A stretch of DNA of 64,000 bases from positions 256,001 to 320,000 of the forward strand of contig CAVZRV010000007.1 of NCBI GenBank assembly GCA_963777605.1, in the 5' to 3' direction. The position numbers and the translations under genes were made by a program. Under the pieces are notes generated by a model. It did not search any database. It was not told the origin of the DNA and saw only the letters and a list, made by a program, of their open reading frames with translations. Position 1 is the first letter of the stretch, and each line of letters begins with the position of its first letter. This DNA is from an uncultured Acidobacteriota bacterium (GTDB taxonomy: Bacteria > Acidobacteriota > UBA6911 > RPQK01 > JAPXNP01). This document shows, piece by piece, positions 30,827 to 40,175 of the stretch.

Positions 30827-31972
30827 TTATTTTTGTTCTCTTTTGCACCAGCTTCGGACAAGTCTTACCGTGAAAGCCCATGGATTCTGAAGGAAGCCGG
30901 ATTTGAAAGGTACCGTTCCGATGGTTGAACGGGGTCTGAGCAGCAGGAGCCGCAGAAAGTGAAGGCGCTTCCTCCACCCGTCAATCAGGAGGGGATGGAA
31001 GACCAGCAACTGGACCCGCTCGGAAATCCAAGGTCTTGCCGCCAGGGCTGCTTTTCGGGTGAGAACGGCAACGAACCGGGCCCTGACGCGTGGGAATTGA
31101 GGAATCGTAACCGGCCATTTCGTTCCGAGCAACTCTCTCCCGACTTCCATGGCGGCCCAGATACAGGCCGAGAAGTGGTACCTGGAAGCAAACTCCAAAA
31201 CCCCGTCCAAGTGTCCGCACAGCGCCTCCTGGTTCGATGCCCGTTCCAGGTCAAGGAAGTTGAGGAGGTCGAAATATCCGTGCTTCATCGCGTGAACGAA
31301 CAGAAGGAGGAAGAAGTCAACGTCCGCGAGTTCCTTCACGCCGTACTTCCAAGACCGGGCCCGCTCCCAAAACGGCTCCGCCGGGAAGTGGAACGCCTCC
31401 AGTCGGCTCAGCGGACTCGAATGAAGGTCAATCGTGATCCCCGGCATCTCGTTCGGTGACAACGTCACCGGAAGCCTCCAGGAGACGAGTGTCTCCGGGG
31501 CAATACCTGAATACGGTCCGGGCGTAACCCGGTATTCCGCAGAGCAAAGTGCTCTCAAAACCGCTGAAAACTGCGCTGGCCGGACCATCAGGTCGAGGTC
31601 GCGAAACACCCGGGTCAGCGGATTCGGATAGAGCCTCTCGGCCAGATTGGCACCCTTGAGAGTGATCACATCGACCCCGGAATCGGCGGCGATCCCAGAT
31701 ACGTCCTCCAATACCGAGAGAAGCACCTCTCGCTTTGCCTGCCAGGCAGCCGCCTCAATCAGCAACGTGCGGCTGATCAAGTTGGGAAAAGGCTGCTGTG
31801 CCTGACTAAGAGCATCATTCAAGACGAGATGCACCCGATGACGCTGAGACAGGTCGAGTAACTCCACCCAAAAGGAGGGCTGCCGCTTCGCTGGATCCGG
31901 TCGGACTCGTTCCGCCAGCAGGTCCAACAGCCACCTCTCAGGACTGTCCTGTGGACACCTCTTGAATCCCAT
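30827..31972 (-). CDS. Nucleotidyltransferase family protein (NTP_transf_5/PF14907-like)
   Basis: LKG..LA..LYP....R.FRDLDLMV, IDLH, LFVHAMKH, LDL. Confidence 0.82.
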   Translation of the reverse strand: MGFKRCPQDSPERWLLDLLAERVRPDPAKRQPSFWVELLDLSQRHRVHLVLNDALSQAQQPFPNLISRTLLIEAAAWQAKREVLLSVLEDVSGIAADSGVDVITLKGANLAERLYPNPLTRVFRDLDLMVRPAQFSAVLRALCSAEYRVTPGPYSGIAPETLVSWRLPVTLSPNEMPGITIDLHSSPLSRLEAFHFPAEPFWERARSWKYGVKELADVDFFLLLFVHAMKHGYFDLLNFLDLERASNQEALCGHLDGVLEFASRYHFSACIWAAMEVGRELLGTKWPVTIPQFPRVRARFVAVLTRKAALAARPWISERVQLLVFHPLLIDGWRKRLHFLRLLLLRPRSTIGTVPFKSGFLQNPWAFTVRLVRSWCKREQK

Positions 31973-32113
31973 CCCCGGAGTCTAAGCCTTTTCGGAAACC
32001 CGTTGAAGCTCTGTCGACGTCAGGATCTGGTATTGCGGGAGCAACTGTCAAGGGTGCAGGAGGCGTGATGAGATTGAGGATTTGAAGGCGTCCCAATAGC
32101 CGGGAAAAGTCTA

Positions 32114-32142
32114 TTGACGGATTCGTGCGCGTGTGCTAGAAA
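32114..32142 (+). promoter_or_regulatory. Putative sigma70 promoter for the peptide-PqqD-kinase operon
   Basis: TTGACG-N17-TAGAAA with a TGn extension. Confidence 0.5.
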
Positions 32143-32176
32143 GTACTAATACTTGAAAGAGGGTAACCATAAGAAT

Positions 32177-32353
32177 ATGAGCAAGATGGATATCGAAGTG
32201 GCCGCCAAAGATCGACGGCGGTTTGTCAAGCGATTGGCAATTGGAGTAGGGTTGTCCATACCAGTGGTTGTCACCCTGACGAACCGGAAATTGGCGGCGC
32301 AATCCGGACCCGGACCTACGGCAACACCGTCACAGACTCCCACTCTAGACTAA
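32177..32353 (+). CDS. Putative RiPP-like precursor peptide with twin-arginine leader and Ser/Thr/Pro-rich tail
   Basis: MSKMDIEVAAKDRRRFVKRLAIGVGLSIPVVVTLTNRKLAAQSGPGPTATPSQTPTLD; has its own promoter; lies 18 nt upstream of the PqqD gene. Confidence 0.7.
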   Translation: MSKMDIEVAAKDRRRFVKRLAIGVGLSIPVVVTLTNRKLAAQSGPGPTATPSQTPTLD

Positions 32354-32371
32354 CCGACAACCAGCTCGGAT

Positions 32372-32650
32372 GTGACTGTGGAGATTTCTTTCGACTGCTG
32401 TCCGAGAGTGGCTGAACGAATTGTCGAGCAGGTGGCGGAGGATGAGTTGGTCCTTTATGACCCTGCTTCTGATCAGGTTCATATTCTCAACACATTCGCC
32501 GCGGCAATTTACGATCTGTGTGATGGCAGCACGTCTATCTTTTCGATCGTCGCCGAACTCGAGAAAGTGATTGCATCCCCCGCATTCGATCTTGCAGAGG
32601 AAACCCGCCGACTTGTCGCATCACTCGTGGACAAAAAGATTCTTGAATAG
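32372..32650 (+). CDS. Stand-alone PqqD family / RiPP recognition element
   Basis: DELVLYDP....HILN..AA.IYDLCDG..SI..IVAEL......L.DK.ILE; 92 aa. Confidence 0.88.
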   Translation: MTVEISFDCCPRVAERIVEQVAEDELVLYDPASDQVHILNTFAAAIYDLCDGSTSIFSIVAELEKVIASPAFDLAEETRRLVASLVDKKILE

Positions 32651-33461
32651 GAGTGTACGAGTCAGCCTTGAGTCCGTTCACGAACCTGGCAGCCTCGATC
32701 AATTGTTTGGGCCTCTCCCGACAGCTCATCACTCGGAACTGGAATACACTATCCAGGAGTTATCGAGTGGTCACATAGCAGTGATTCCGGCCGCAGGAGG
32801 CCAACCTCTTTCCGTGAGCAGCCTCCCCGAGGCGTTTTACGCGCTGGAAAGCGACTTCTACAATAATATCCTCTGTAAAGACACATCGACGTTGATTATT
32901 CATGCGTCGGCGGTCGTTCACGTGACGACCCGCCAGACTATTGTGCTCCCCGGGGCCAGCCACTGTGGGAAGAGCACTCTGGCGGCGGCCCTGGCAGCAT
33001 CAGGCCGTTTTCTCTACCTCGGTGAAGAAGCCATTGGCCTCGACTGCACAAGCAACCGGTTGTTGTCCTACACCAAACCGGTCAAACTGCGCTTCGGGGC
33101 CGAGCACCGGATTCTGGCGGACGGCTCATGGCCGTGCCTACGAGTTTCGTCGCTCAACTTTACTTACGCAATTCCACCTCAGCCCGTCATCGCGACTGAG
33201 GTCGATCCAGAAGTGCCGTTTCTGTTCGTTTTTCCAACCTTCGCAGCCTCTGTCAAGGCTACCTTGGAAAGAGTTTCTCCAGCTATGGCAATCGCCAAGC
33301 TGGCCACCTATTCGGTCAACCCACCTCAGTTCCTAACATCCCACCTGGAAACCGTCTCGGTCCTCCAGCCGGGAAGAGCATCGTGGGACCTCACCTGGTC
33401 CTCCTGGGAGGAAGTCGTGAAGGAAATCGACTGTCTGTGCTTCTCTGGGTGGAACCGCTGA
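32571..33461 (+). CDS. HPr-kinase-related P-loop kinase
   Basis: IIHASAV, Walker A GASHCGKST, YLGEE acidic pair, ..KP; start uncertain (in-frame TTG overlaps PqqD). Confidence 0.8.
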   Translation: MHPPHSILQRKPADLSHHSWTKRFLNRSVRVSLESVHEPGSLDQLFGPLPTAHHSELEYTIQELSSGHIAVIPAAGGQPLSVSSLPEAFYALESDFYNNILCKDTSTLIIHASAVVHVTTRQTIVLPGASHCGKSTLAAALAASGRFLYLGEEAIGLDCTSNRLLSYTKPVKLRFGAEHRILADGSWPCLRVSSLNFTYAIPPQPVIATEVDPEVPFLFVFPTFAASVKATLERVSPAMAIAKLATYSVNPPQFLTSHLETVSVLQPGRASWDLTWSSWEEVVKEIDCLCFSGWNR

Positions 33462-33536
33462 GCCGGTCTGATCAGGTCCAGTTGCGGATAACTGAGGTTC
33501 CTATTCCGCTTCCGCTGGACTATCCTTTCTGAACCG

Positions 33537-35894
33537 ATGACCTGGGACCACGTGTCGTCGAATCTGTTGCTCCTGCTGAGTTGGTACGGTGCACTGACCG
33601 TTCTCCAGGTCGCCGCACTTCCGCTGACAGCTTCCGTTTTCCGGCGGCTCCCCGATGGTGGATCTTCCCTCTCAAAATTGACCGGGCTGGCTGTGACCGG
33701 GTTCGTCCTCTGGTCGGCCTGGGCCTATGGTCTAGTCGCCAACGACCGGAGTGCGGCCTGGTCCACGGCGGTCGTTGTCGGCGTCGCCTGTTGGGCGATT
33801 CAACTTGCCGTTGACCGCCAGGCGCTCGTCGCATGGATTCGCAGCCACCTGCCGTTGATCGCGGTTTGCGAGCTGGTATTTCTGGCGGGTTTTCTAACGC
33901 TGGCAGCGATCCGCACGATAGCGCCGCAGGTTCGGCACACTGAGCAGCCGATGGATCTCATGATGCTGACCAGCCTTTGGAGCAGCCCTGAATACCCTCC
34001 CCACGACGCCTGGCTCAGCGGATTTCCGGTCTCCTACTATTACTTCGGCTACTGGCTTCAACTCCTCGCAGGCCGCCTTTCCGGAATCGCCCCGGACATC
34101 ACATACAACCTCGGGCTTGCGACCCTCTTCGGTTTCCTCACAGCCGGACTGTTCGGCCTCGGATTCAACCTCGTACGCAGTTCCTGCCTGCGGTCTTCAG
34201 CCCGCTTGCGGTCGTCTTACACGGGTGGCTTCCTGGCCGTTGTCCTGACTGCCTGCGCGGGGAATTTTCGCTCCTTATACGACCTGGCCGTTCACGCTTC
34301 TCACCTCGACAGGTGGTGGTGGCTAAGCAGTCGCGCCCTCCACGACGTTGCACCGAACGGTGTTACCCGGCCCGTGATCACCGAATTTCCCGCCTTCAGC
34401 TACCTGCTGGGGGACAATCACCCTCACCTGCAATCGTCTTCTCTTCTGCTCATGGCAGCCGCGGTGGCAATGAGCCGCATGATGTCGTCAGACGCAAGCG
34501 TCAAGAGAGTACGGCCGGGACTCACGAGATTGTCATTCAGTGCCGGGACCTTCCTCGAGTCTGTACTCTTCCCCGCGTTTGTTCTGGCGGCCGTCACTGC
34601 CACGAACTCCTGGGATGCTCCCGTTGCGTTCGCCCTGGTTTGCCTCGGCTGCTGGTTCTCGAAGAACGGATCGGCCTGGTCGAAGCTGGCGCGAGTCGGG
34701 ATCCGTTGTGCCGGGATCGCCGCGGTGGCATTGCTCATGCTCACGCCGCTGTTGCAAACCCTGCGGGGAAAGGTGTTCGGGATTCTCCCCAACCTGTTCA
34801 ACTCAAGCGATCCGCTCCGGTTTCTCTCGGCGATGGGGCCTGGATTTCTGGCCACTTGCGCGCTCCTCTTCGTGCTCTACCGACGCCGGGCCGGATGGCG
34901 ATCGGCCGCCTGGATCGGAGGACTCGCCTTGTTGGCGCTGGTGGGCATTGCACTGGTTACGCTGAACGCAATGGCCAGCCCTCAGTGGAACAATTGGCTG
35001 AACCAACTTGGCCTCGATCCGTCCCTGCCTTTCTGGCCGCTTGCTCTTCGGCGATGGGCGCTCCATTTCCTGGTGGCCGGCGGCCTGCTCGTTGCTCTCG
35101 GAGTCGTCCTCTCGCAGAGAATCAAGGGGCGGTTTAGGCGGGAAAATGTCGGGCTCCAGATGGGCCTGATTTTGACGGTGGTCTCGATATGCCTTTTGCT
35201 TGCCCCCGAGTTGGTTTTCGTTCACGACATTTTCCATTACCGGGTCAATACTGTTTTCAAATTGCATTACGGTGCCTGGATCCTGCTGGGCCCGGTCGGG
35301 GCATACGCCTTGACGCGACTGGCTGCAACCCGTCGGCACCGAGGAAAACTTTGCCTGCTCGGCTTTGCCTCGTCGGCTGCCCTGCTCTACCCTCTCTTCG
35401 CATTTTGGCCCCTAACTTTCGGGAACGTTCCACCGCAATACACACTTTCCGCGAAGGCGGCACTGGGGGAGACCGAACCTCAGCTTCTCGATGCACTTGA
35501 GTGGATCGACAGCCACACACCGCATGACGCGGTCGTCGTGGAAGCCCCCGGGGCGGCTCAAGATCCTCTTTCCTGCCCGGTCAGCACCTATACGGGAAGA
35601 GCGACTCTCCTCGGCTGGCAGGACCACGAATTACAGTGGCGTCCGGAGCAACTCGACTCGGTCTTCACTGAACGAACCCGGGCCCTCGAATCGATTTATC
35701 GAACGGAGTCTGCTTCGATGATTGAAGCTCTGGCGGGCCGTTACGAGATCAACTTCATCGTCCAGGGCCCCCGTGAACGGGTCCGGTACGGAGATGAATC
35801 AAAGGGACTCGAACGGCTGGGTGCGCCCGTCTTCCAGAGCAAGACTTACCGGGTCTACGCAACCGGTCGCAGGAAAGCGGGATTCGAGCGGTGA
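33537..35894 (+). CDS. DUF2298 / Chlor_Arch_YYY (TIGR03662-like) polytopic membrane protein, putative GT-C
   Basis: EQPMD, PPHDAWLSG..VSYYYFGY, ITEFP.FSYLLGDNHPH, NSWD, NTVFK, GW..HE.QWR. Confidence 0.85.
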   Translation: MTWDHVSSNLLLLLSWYGALTVLQVAALPLTASVFRRLPDGGSSLSKLTGLAVTGFVLWSAWAYGLVANDRSAAWSTAVVVGVACWAIQLAVDRQALVAWIRSHLPLIAVCELVFLAGFLTLAAIRTIAPQVRHTEQPMDLMMLTSLWSSPEYPPHDAWLSGFPVSYYYFGYWLQLLAGRLSGIAPDITYNLGLATLFGFLTAGLFGLGFNLVRSSCLRSSARLRSSYTGGFLAVVLTACAGNFRSLYDLAVHASHLDRWWWLSSRALHDVAPNGVTRPVITEFPAFSYLLGDNHPHLQSSSLLLMAAAVAMSRMMSSDASVKRVRPGLTRLSFSAGTFLESVLFPAFVLAAVTATNSWDAPVAFALVCLGCWFSKNGSAWSKLARVGIRCAGIAAVALLMLTPLLQTLRGKVFGILPNLFNSSDPLRFLSAMGPGFLATCALLFVLYRRRAGWRSAAWIGGLALLALVGIALVTLNAMASPQWNNWLNQLGLDPSLPFWPLALRRWALHFLVAGGLLVALGVVLSQRIKGRFRRENVGLQMGLILTVVSICLLLAPELVFVHDIFHYRVNTVFKLHYGAWILLGPVGAYALTRLAATRRHRGKLCLLGFASSAALLYPLFAFWPLTFGNVPPQYTLSAKAALGETEPQLLDALEWIDSHTPHDAVVVEAPGAAQDPLSCPVSTYTGRATLLGWQDHELQWRPEQLDSVFTERTRALESIYRTESASMIEALAGRYEINFIVQGPRERVRYGDESKGLERLGAPVFQSKTYRVYATGRRKAGFER

Positions 35895-37762
35895 TCCGGA
35901 CTAATGCTCTCAGCAAACACGAGTGGGCTGGATGGGGACTCCTTCTCGCCATCGGAATCTGTTCCCACTTCGTCGGCCTTGGGGATCGCGTTCTCAGTTA
36001 CGACGAGTCCGTCCACGCCTTCTATTCCTACCGACTGGCTGAAACAGGCTCCTATATCCACTCGCCGGTAACCCACGGCCCGCTGCTGTTCTACCTCAGT
36101 GCCCTTGTCTTCCTGTTGTCCCCTGCCACCGACTTCACGGTCCGGCTGATTCCAGCAATTGCCGGGTCTGGGCTCGTAGTCATGCCATTGCTGTTCCGAA
36201 GATGGATCGGCGCCGGAGCGGCTTTCGCAGCCGGCCTGCTCATTACGGCGAGTCCCCTCCTGCTCTATTTCGGGCGATACCTTCGAAACGATATCTACAT
36301 CCTCGTGCTTCTGCTGGCCTGGGTTTTCGCGATCTTTCGCTTTCTGGAAACACCCCGCCTGAGCCTGCTCTACTCACTCACCATCGCAATGGCGCTCTCC
36401 TTTGCCTGCAAGGAAGTCAGCTTTATTTCGGCTTCCCTGATTTTTCCGTTCCTGCTCATCATGGCGGCTTTGAACCGGCAACACGATCCACTTCCATCCC
36501 TGCAACTCAGCATTCTGCATTTCACCCTGCTTCTCCCCCTCTCGATGCCCCTGGTACTGCGATTGACCGGATTGGAGGCCACCCGCGTCTGGCTTGAGAA
36601 CCATCCCCGGTGGGGACTTGGTTCCTCGATTCTCGGCATCCTGGTTTCCGTCGTGATCGCTTTCCTCGCAACCAGCCGAATCGCCCGGGCGGGAGGAGTT
36701 CTCACATTCCGAAACTGGCTCAAGGCGGCCGCTCTCTTCTGGCTGATTCTCGGATTCTACTTTTCGACCTTTCTCAAGAACCCTCCGGGGCTCTTCACAG
36801 GACTGTTCCAAGGCCTCAATTACTGGCTGAGCCAGCACCACGTTGAACGCGGTGGTCAACCCGTCTACTACTACCTCATCCTGCTCGGTCTCTACGAATT
36901 CATCGTTGTCCTTTTGAGCATCGGCAGCCTCGGGTCACTGGCCGTGAAGGTCATGCAACGCGGTGCCCGCAACTGGCTCAGCGGTCTCACGGAGAAGCCG
37001 GGGGAGCGCTTCAACGTTTTTTGCGTCTGGTGGGGAATCGGAAGCCTCCTCGCGTACTCAGTCGCCGGAGAAAGGATGCCCTGGCTTGCGGTTCACATTC
37101 TCTTGCCATTCATCTTCCTGTCGGCAGGGATGATTTCCTCCCGACTGAACCGGATTCGCTCGGCTGGTCACCTGCCGAGAAACCCGCTGTTGATCCTCGG
37201 ACTGATTCTGACCGGAGTGATTGCGGTCCTCGGTCTTCGCACGAGCGTTCAGCTCAACTTCGTCAACGGCGGCCTCCCTGTTGAGCCGGTCGCTTACGCC
37301 CAGGGAGGACCCGCAGCACCCGAATTGGCCGCCAAGATCCGGGGATTTGCCCACAAGGGAACACAGGTCGCCATTGATAACCGGGTAGCGTGGCCCCTGT
37401 CCTGGTACCTGCGGGAAATCGCGCCCAACTGTCGAACCGGCGACTTCGCGGCGGGAGTCCCGCTCGAATTCGGCCTCCTGGTCAGTGCCTCCCCTGGACC
37501 GGGCAACGGGCTCGAGTCGAACGACTGGCGTCTTTTGTCACAGGGCCCCGTGCTCTGGTGGCCCATCCACGACTACCGACGGCTCTATGCTTCGCAAACC
37601 GGTGCGGGCTCGCTCCGAGAAGGACTGGTCACGTTTTGGGAAGTCTTTTACAATCGCCATTTTCAAGGACTGGCAATCGAATCCTGGCCCGCTCGTCAAG
37701 ACGCTTGGCTTTATGACAGGACCGCAACTCACCGCCGCCATCGCCTGGCTCCTTCTGATTGA
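35891..37762 (+). CDS. TIGR03663-like (PMT_2/GT-C) membrane protein
   Basis: LGDR...DES.HA, P..HGP, RYLRND, KE, YWL.QH.V.RG.QP.YYY, AGE.MPWL.VH; GTGA overlap with the previous gene. Confidence 0.82.
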   Translation: MIRTNALSKHEWAGWGLLLAIGICSHFVGLGDRVLSYDESVHAFYSYRLAETGSYIHSPVTHGPLLFYLSALVFLLSPATDFTVRLIPAIAGSGLVVMPLLFRRWIGAGAAFAAGLLITASPLLLYFGRYLRNDIYILVLLLAWVFAIFRFLETPRLSLLYSLTIAMALSFACKEVSFISASLIFPFLLIMAALNRQHDPLPSLQLSILHFTLLLPLSMPLVLRLTGLEATRVWLENHPRWGLGSSILGILVSVVIAFLATSRIARAGGVLTFRNWLKAAALFWLILGFYFSTFLKNPPGLFTGLFQGLNYWLSQHHVERGGQPVYYYLILLGLYEFIVVLLSIGSLGSLAVKVMQRGARNWLSGLTEKPGERFNVFCVWWGIGSLLAYSVAGERMPWLAVHILLPFIFLSAGMISSRLNRIRSAGHLPRNPLLILGLILTGVIAVLGLRTSVQLNFVNGGLPVEPVAYAQGGPAAPELAAKIRGFAHKGTQVAIDNRVAWPLSWYLREIAPNCRTGDFAAGVPLEFGLLVSASPGPGNGLESNDWRLLSQGPVLWWPIHDYRRLYASQTGAGSLREGLVTFWEVFYNRHFQGLAIESWPARQDAWLYDRTATHRRHRLAPSD

Positions 37763-40175
37763 AGGACTGGCACTCCTGGCATTCCCTCTCCTTTTGCCGG
37801 TCACACGAAACCTGCCGGACAAGGGTTGGCTCCTGTCCAAGCCGGCAGGTCTTCTGCTGATTGGCTATCCAGCCTGGCTTCTGGGGAATCTCTATTCCGA
37901 AGGCTTTTCAAGAGTCTCCATTGCAGCGGTGCTGACGCTTGCCCTGGTTGCGGCCGTCGCCTGGGCCTGGCGACATCGCGCCCGGCCCGCGAAAAGGAGG
38001 ATGGACCTGGTCACGACCCTGGTCCTGCCGGAACTGGTCTTTCTCGGAACCTTCCTTCTTTTCCTCTTGCTACGGCTGTTCGACCCGGAACTTTGGAACC
38101 CGGTTTCAGGCGGTGAGAAGCCGATGGACTTCTCGCTCCTCAATGCCTGCATCCGGAGCGATCACCTCCCCCCCGAAGCGCCCTGGCTCTCAGGCCACCC
38201 GGTCAATTACTACTACTTCGGCTACGTGCTGTTCAGCATCCCATCCAAGCTCCTGGGTATTCCGGCCGAATATGCCTACAACCTCGCGCTGCCGACAGTC
38301 GCCGCGTTGACGGCCGCGGCGGCATTCACAATCGTTCAGTCGATTCAATCCCGTCACGAGCCCATTGCAGTCCCGGGGTGCAGGAAGAGTCTGGTGGCGA
38401 AGCAGGCGATCCTTTGGGCCGGCCTCGGTCCCCTCTTCGTGGCTCTGATCGGGAACCTGTTCGAGGCGAGGCTGCTCCTTTCGGGCCTGAAGAAGCTCGG
38501 GGCCGACAATGTCGCAACTGGAATTCCGGTCCTTGGGTCTCTCTGGTCGGTCGTCACAGGAGCAGGCAGACTAATCGACGGCACTGCCACCTGGCCCTAC
38601 CGGGCAGCTTCCTTTTACTGGAGCGCCACTCGCGTGATCCCCGCCCACGGCAAGGAAGTTCCTCCCATCACCGAGTTCCCGTTCTTCTCGTTGCTCTACG
38701 GTGACCTTCACCCTCACCTGATGGCCCTGCCCTTCACGATGCTGTTCATCGGCCTTGCCGTCGCAGCAGTGCTCCACCGCAGGGGATCCTCCAGGTTACC
38801 TTTTTCGGAGTCCGCCTGGCTGGCTGTGTCGCTGACGGGGATCCTCCTGATCCACCCCTGGAACGTCCCCTTGAGCGTCTTCATCCTGGTCCTCCTGCTT
38901 TGGACGATTGCAGAACCGGGCCATCGAGGGGGACTTGCACGTCTGCGGGGAGCCGCGACCAACTCGACGTTGGTGATCGTCTCAGCCCTGATCTTTGCGG
39001 CTCCCTTCCTCGTCCATTACGCCGTACCGGTCGCCCATCCCGCCGCGTGGCTTGGGACTCAGACTCCACTGGGCGTGTTCTGGGACATCTTCGGCCTCTT
39101 TCTGGCCCTGATCGTGACCGCCGGGATCTTCCGTCTCCGGGATCGCCCCTTGGAGGGATCTCTGGAAGAACCGGGAGTTCGCGTCTCCGTCCTCCTTTTG
39201 CTCGTCGCAGTTGCAATCTGGCTGGATTGGACCGATTATCCCCTGACTTCGGCTGCGGCGCTCGTGGCGGTCCTGATCGTCGCCGGCTCGCTGCGAGTCA
39301 TGCTCAAGGATCCCAACCCTGAGGATCGAATCCCCTGGGCACTCGTGATCACGGGCTCGATCGGCATCGTCATCAGCGAAACACTGACATTCGGAAACGG
39401 TGTGGGGCACATGAACACCGTGTTCAAGTTCTACTACCAGGTCTGGTTGTACTGGGCACTGGCGGCTGCCGCCCTCTCTCCGGAAGTGTTCCAGCGGTTA
39501 ATGTCGCTGCCTGGGAGGTGGTTGCGCATCGGCGCCTGTACCGGGTTTCTTGCTCTCCTTGCCGCGAGCTGCCTTTATCCTCCCTTTTCACTCTACGGCA
39601 AGATGGCGGGACGCTGGTCCAAATCTGTCCCGAATCTTGACGGCAGCCTGTTCATGGAAAGCGCGCGGCTTCCCCTCGGCGATATCCTGCTCCCGCTTCG
39701 GCCCGACCTCGAGGGGATCAGGTGGCTGAAACAAAACGTGCCCGACGCGAAAACATTGGTTGAAGCCGCCGGCTCCGACTACAGTTGGGCGGGAAGGATC
39801 AGTTCCAGCACCGGGATACCAACCGTGATCGGCTGGCCTTCCCACGTTCTCCAGCACCATCCCCAGCTTACCGCCGGAGAAGTTGACGACCGGGTTGAGG
39901 CAGTGAGAGAGATCTATGAATCGATCGACGTCGAATCAATCCTGCCTCTGCTGCGGCGATTCAACATCGGGTACATCTATGTCGGCCCCCTTGAACGCAA
40001 GACCTACGCCCCTGATGGCCTCCGGAAGTTCGACCAGCCGGCACCGGGCGTCTGGGAGCCGGCCTATATCGGATCGGGCACCCGGATCCTCCGAATCACC
40101 ATCAACGACGTGCCCTCGAAAGTCGAACCAGAAGGAACGCGCTCCGGAGCACACCGACAACCAATCGACCACTGA
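37713..40175 (+). CDS. Second DUF2298 / YYY polytopic membrane protein
   Basis: GGEKPMD, PWLSG..VNYYYFGY, ITEFPFFS.LYGDLHPH, MNTVFKFYYQ.W, TG.PTVIGW, YIYVGPLER. Confidence 0.87.
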   Translation: MTGPQLTAAIAWLLLIEGLALLAFPLLLPVTRNLPDKGWLLSKPAGLLLIGYPAWLLGNLYSEGFSRVSIAAVLTLALVAAVAWAWRHRARPAKRRMDLVTTLVLPELVFLGTFLLFLLLRLFDPELWNPVSGGEKPMDFSLLNACIRSDHLPPEAPWLSGHPVNYYYFGYVLFSIPSKLLGIPAEYAYNLALPTVAALTAAAAFTIVQSIQSRHEPIAVPGCRKSLVAKQAILWAGLGPLFVALIGNLFEARLLLSGLKKLGADNVATGIPVLGSLWSVVTGAGRLIDGTATWPYRAASFYWSATRVIPAHGKEVPPITEFPFFSLLYGDLHPHLMALPFTMLFIGLAVAAVLHRRGSSRLPFSESAWLAVSLTGILLIHPWNVPLSVFILVLLLWTIAEPGHRGGLARLRGAATNSTLVIVSALIFAAPFLVHYAVPVAHPAAWLGTQTPLGVFWDIFGLFLALIVTAGIFRLRDRPLEGSLEEPGVRVSVLLLLVAVAIWLDWTDYPLTSAAALVAVLIVAGSLRVMLKDPNPEDRIPWALVITGSIGIVISETLTFGNGVGHMNTVFKFYYQVWLYWALAAAALSPEVFQRLMSLPGRWLRIGACTGFLALLAASCLYPPFSLYGKMAGRWSKSVPNLDGSLFMESARLPLGDILLPLRPDLEGIRWLKQNVPDAKTLVEAAGSDYSWAGRISSSTGIPTVIGWPSHVLQHHPQLTAGEVDDRVEAVREIYESIDVESILPLLRRFNIGYIYVGPLERKTYAPDGLRKFDQPAPGVWEPAYIGSGTRILRITINDVPSKVEPEGTRSGAHRQPIDH

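Noticed and set aside
30827-33461. Calling the module a lasso peptide or PQQ cluster
   Set aside because: There is no asparagine-synthetase-like cyclase, B2 peptidase or pqqBCE, and the peptide lacks the PqqA ExxxY motif and a ring-forming Asp/Glu at core positions 7-9
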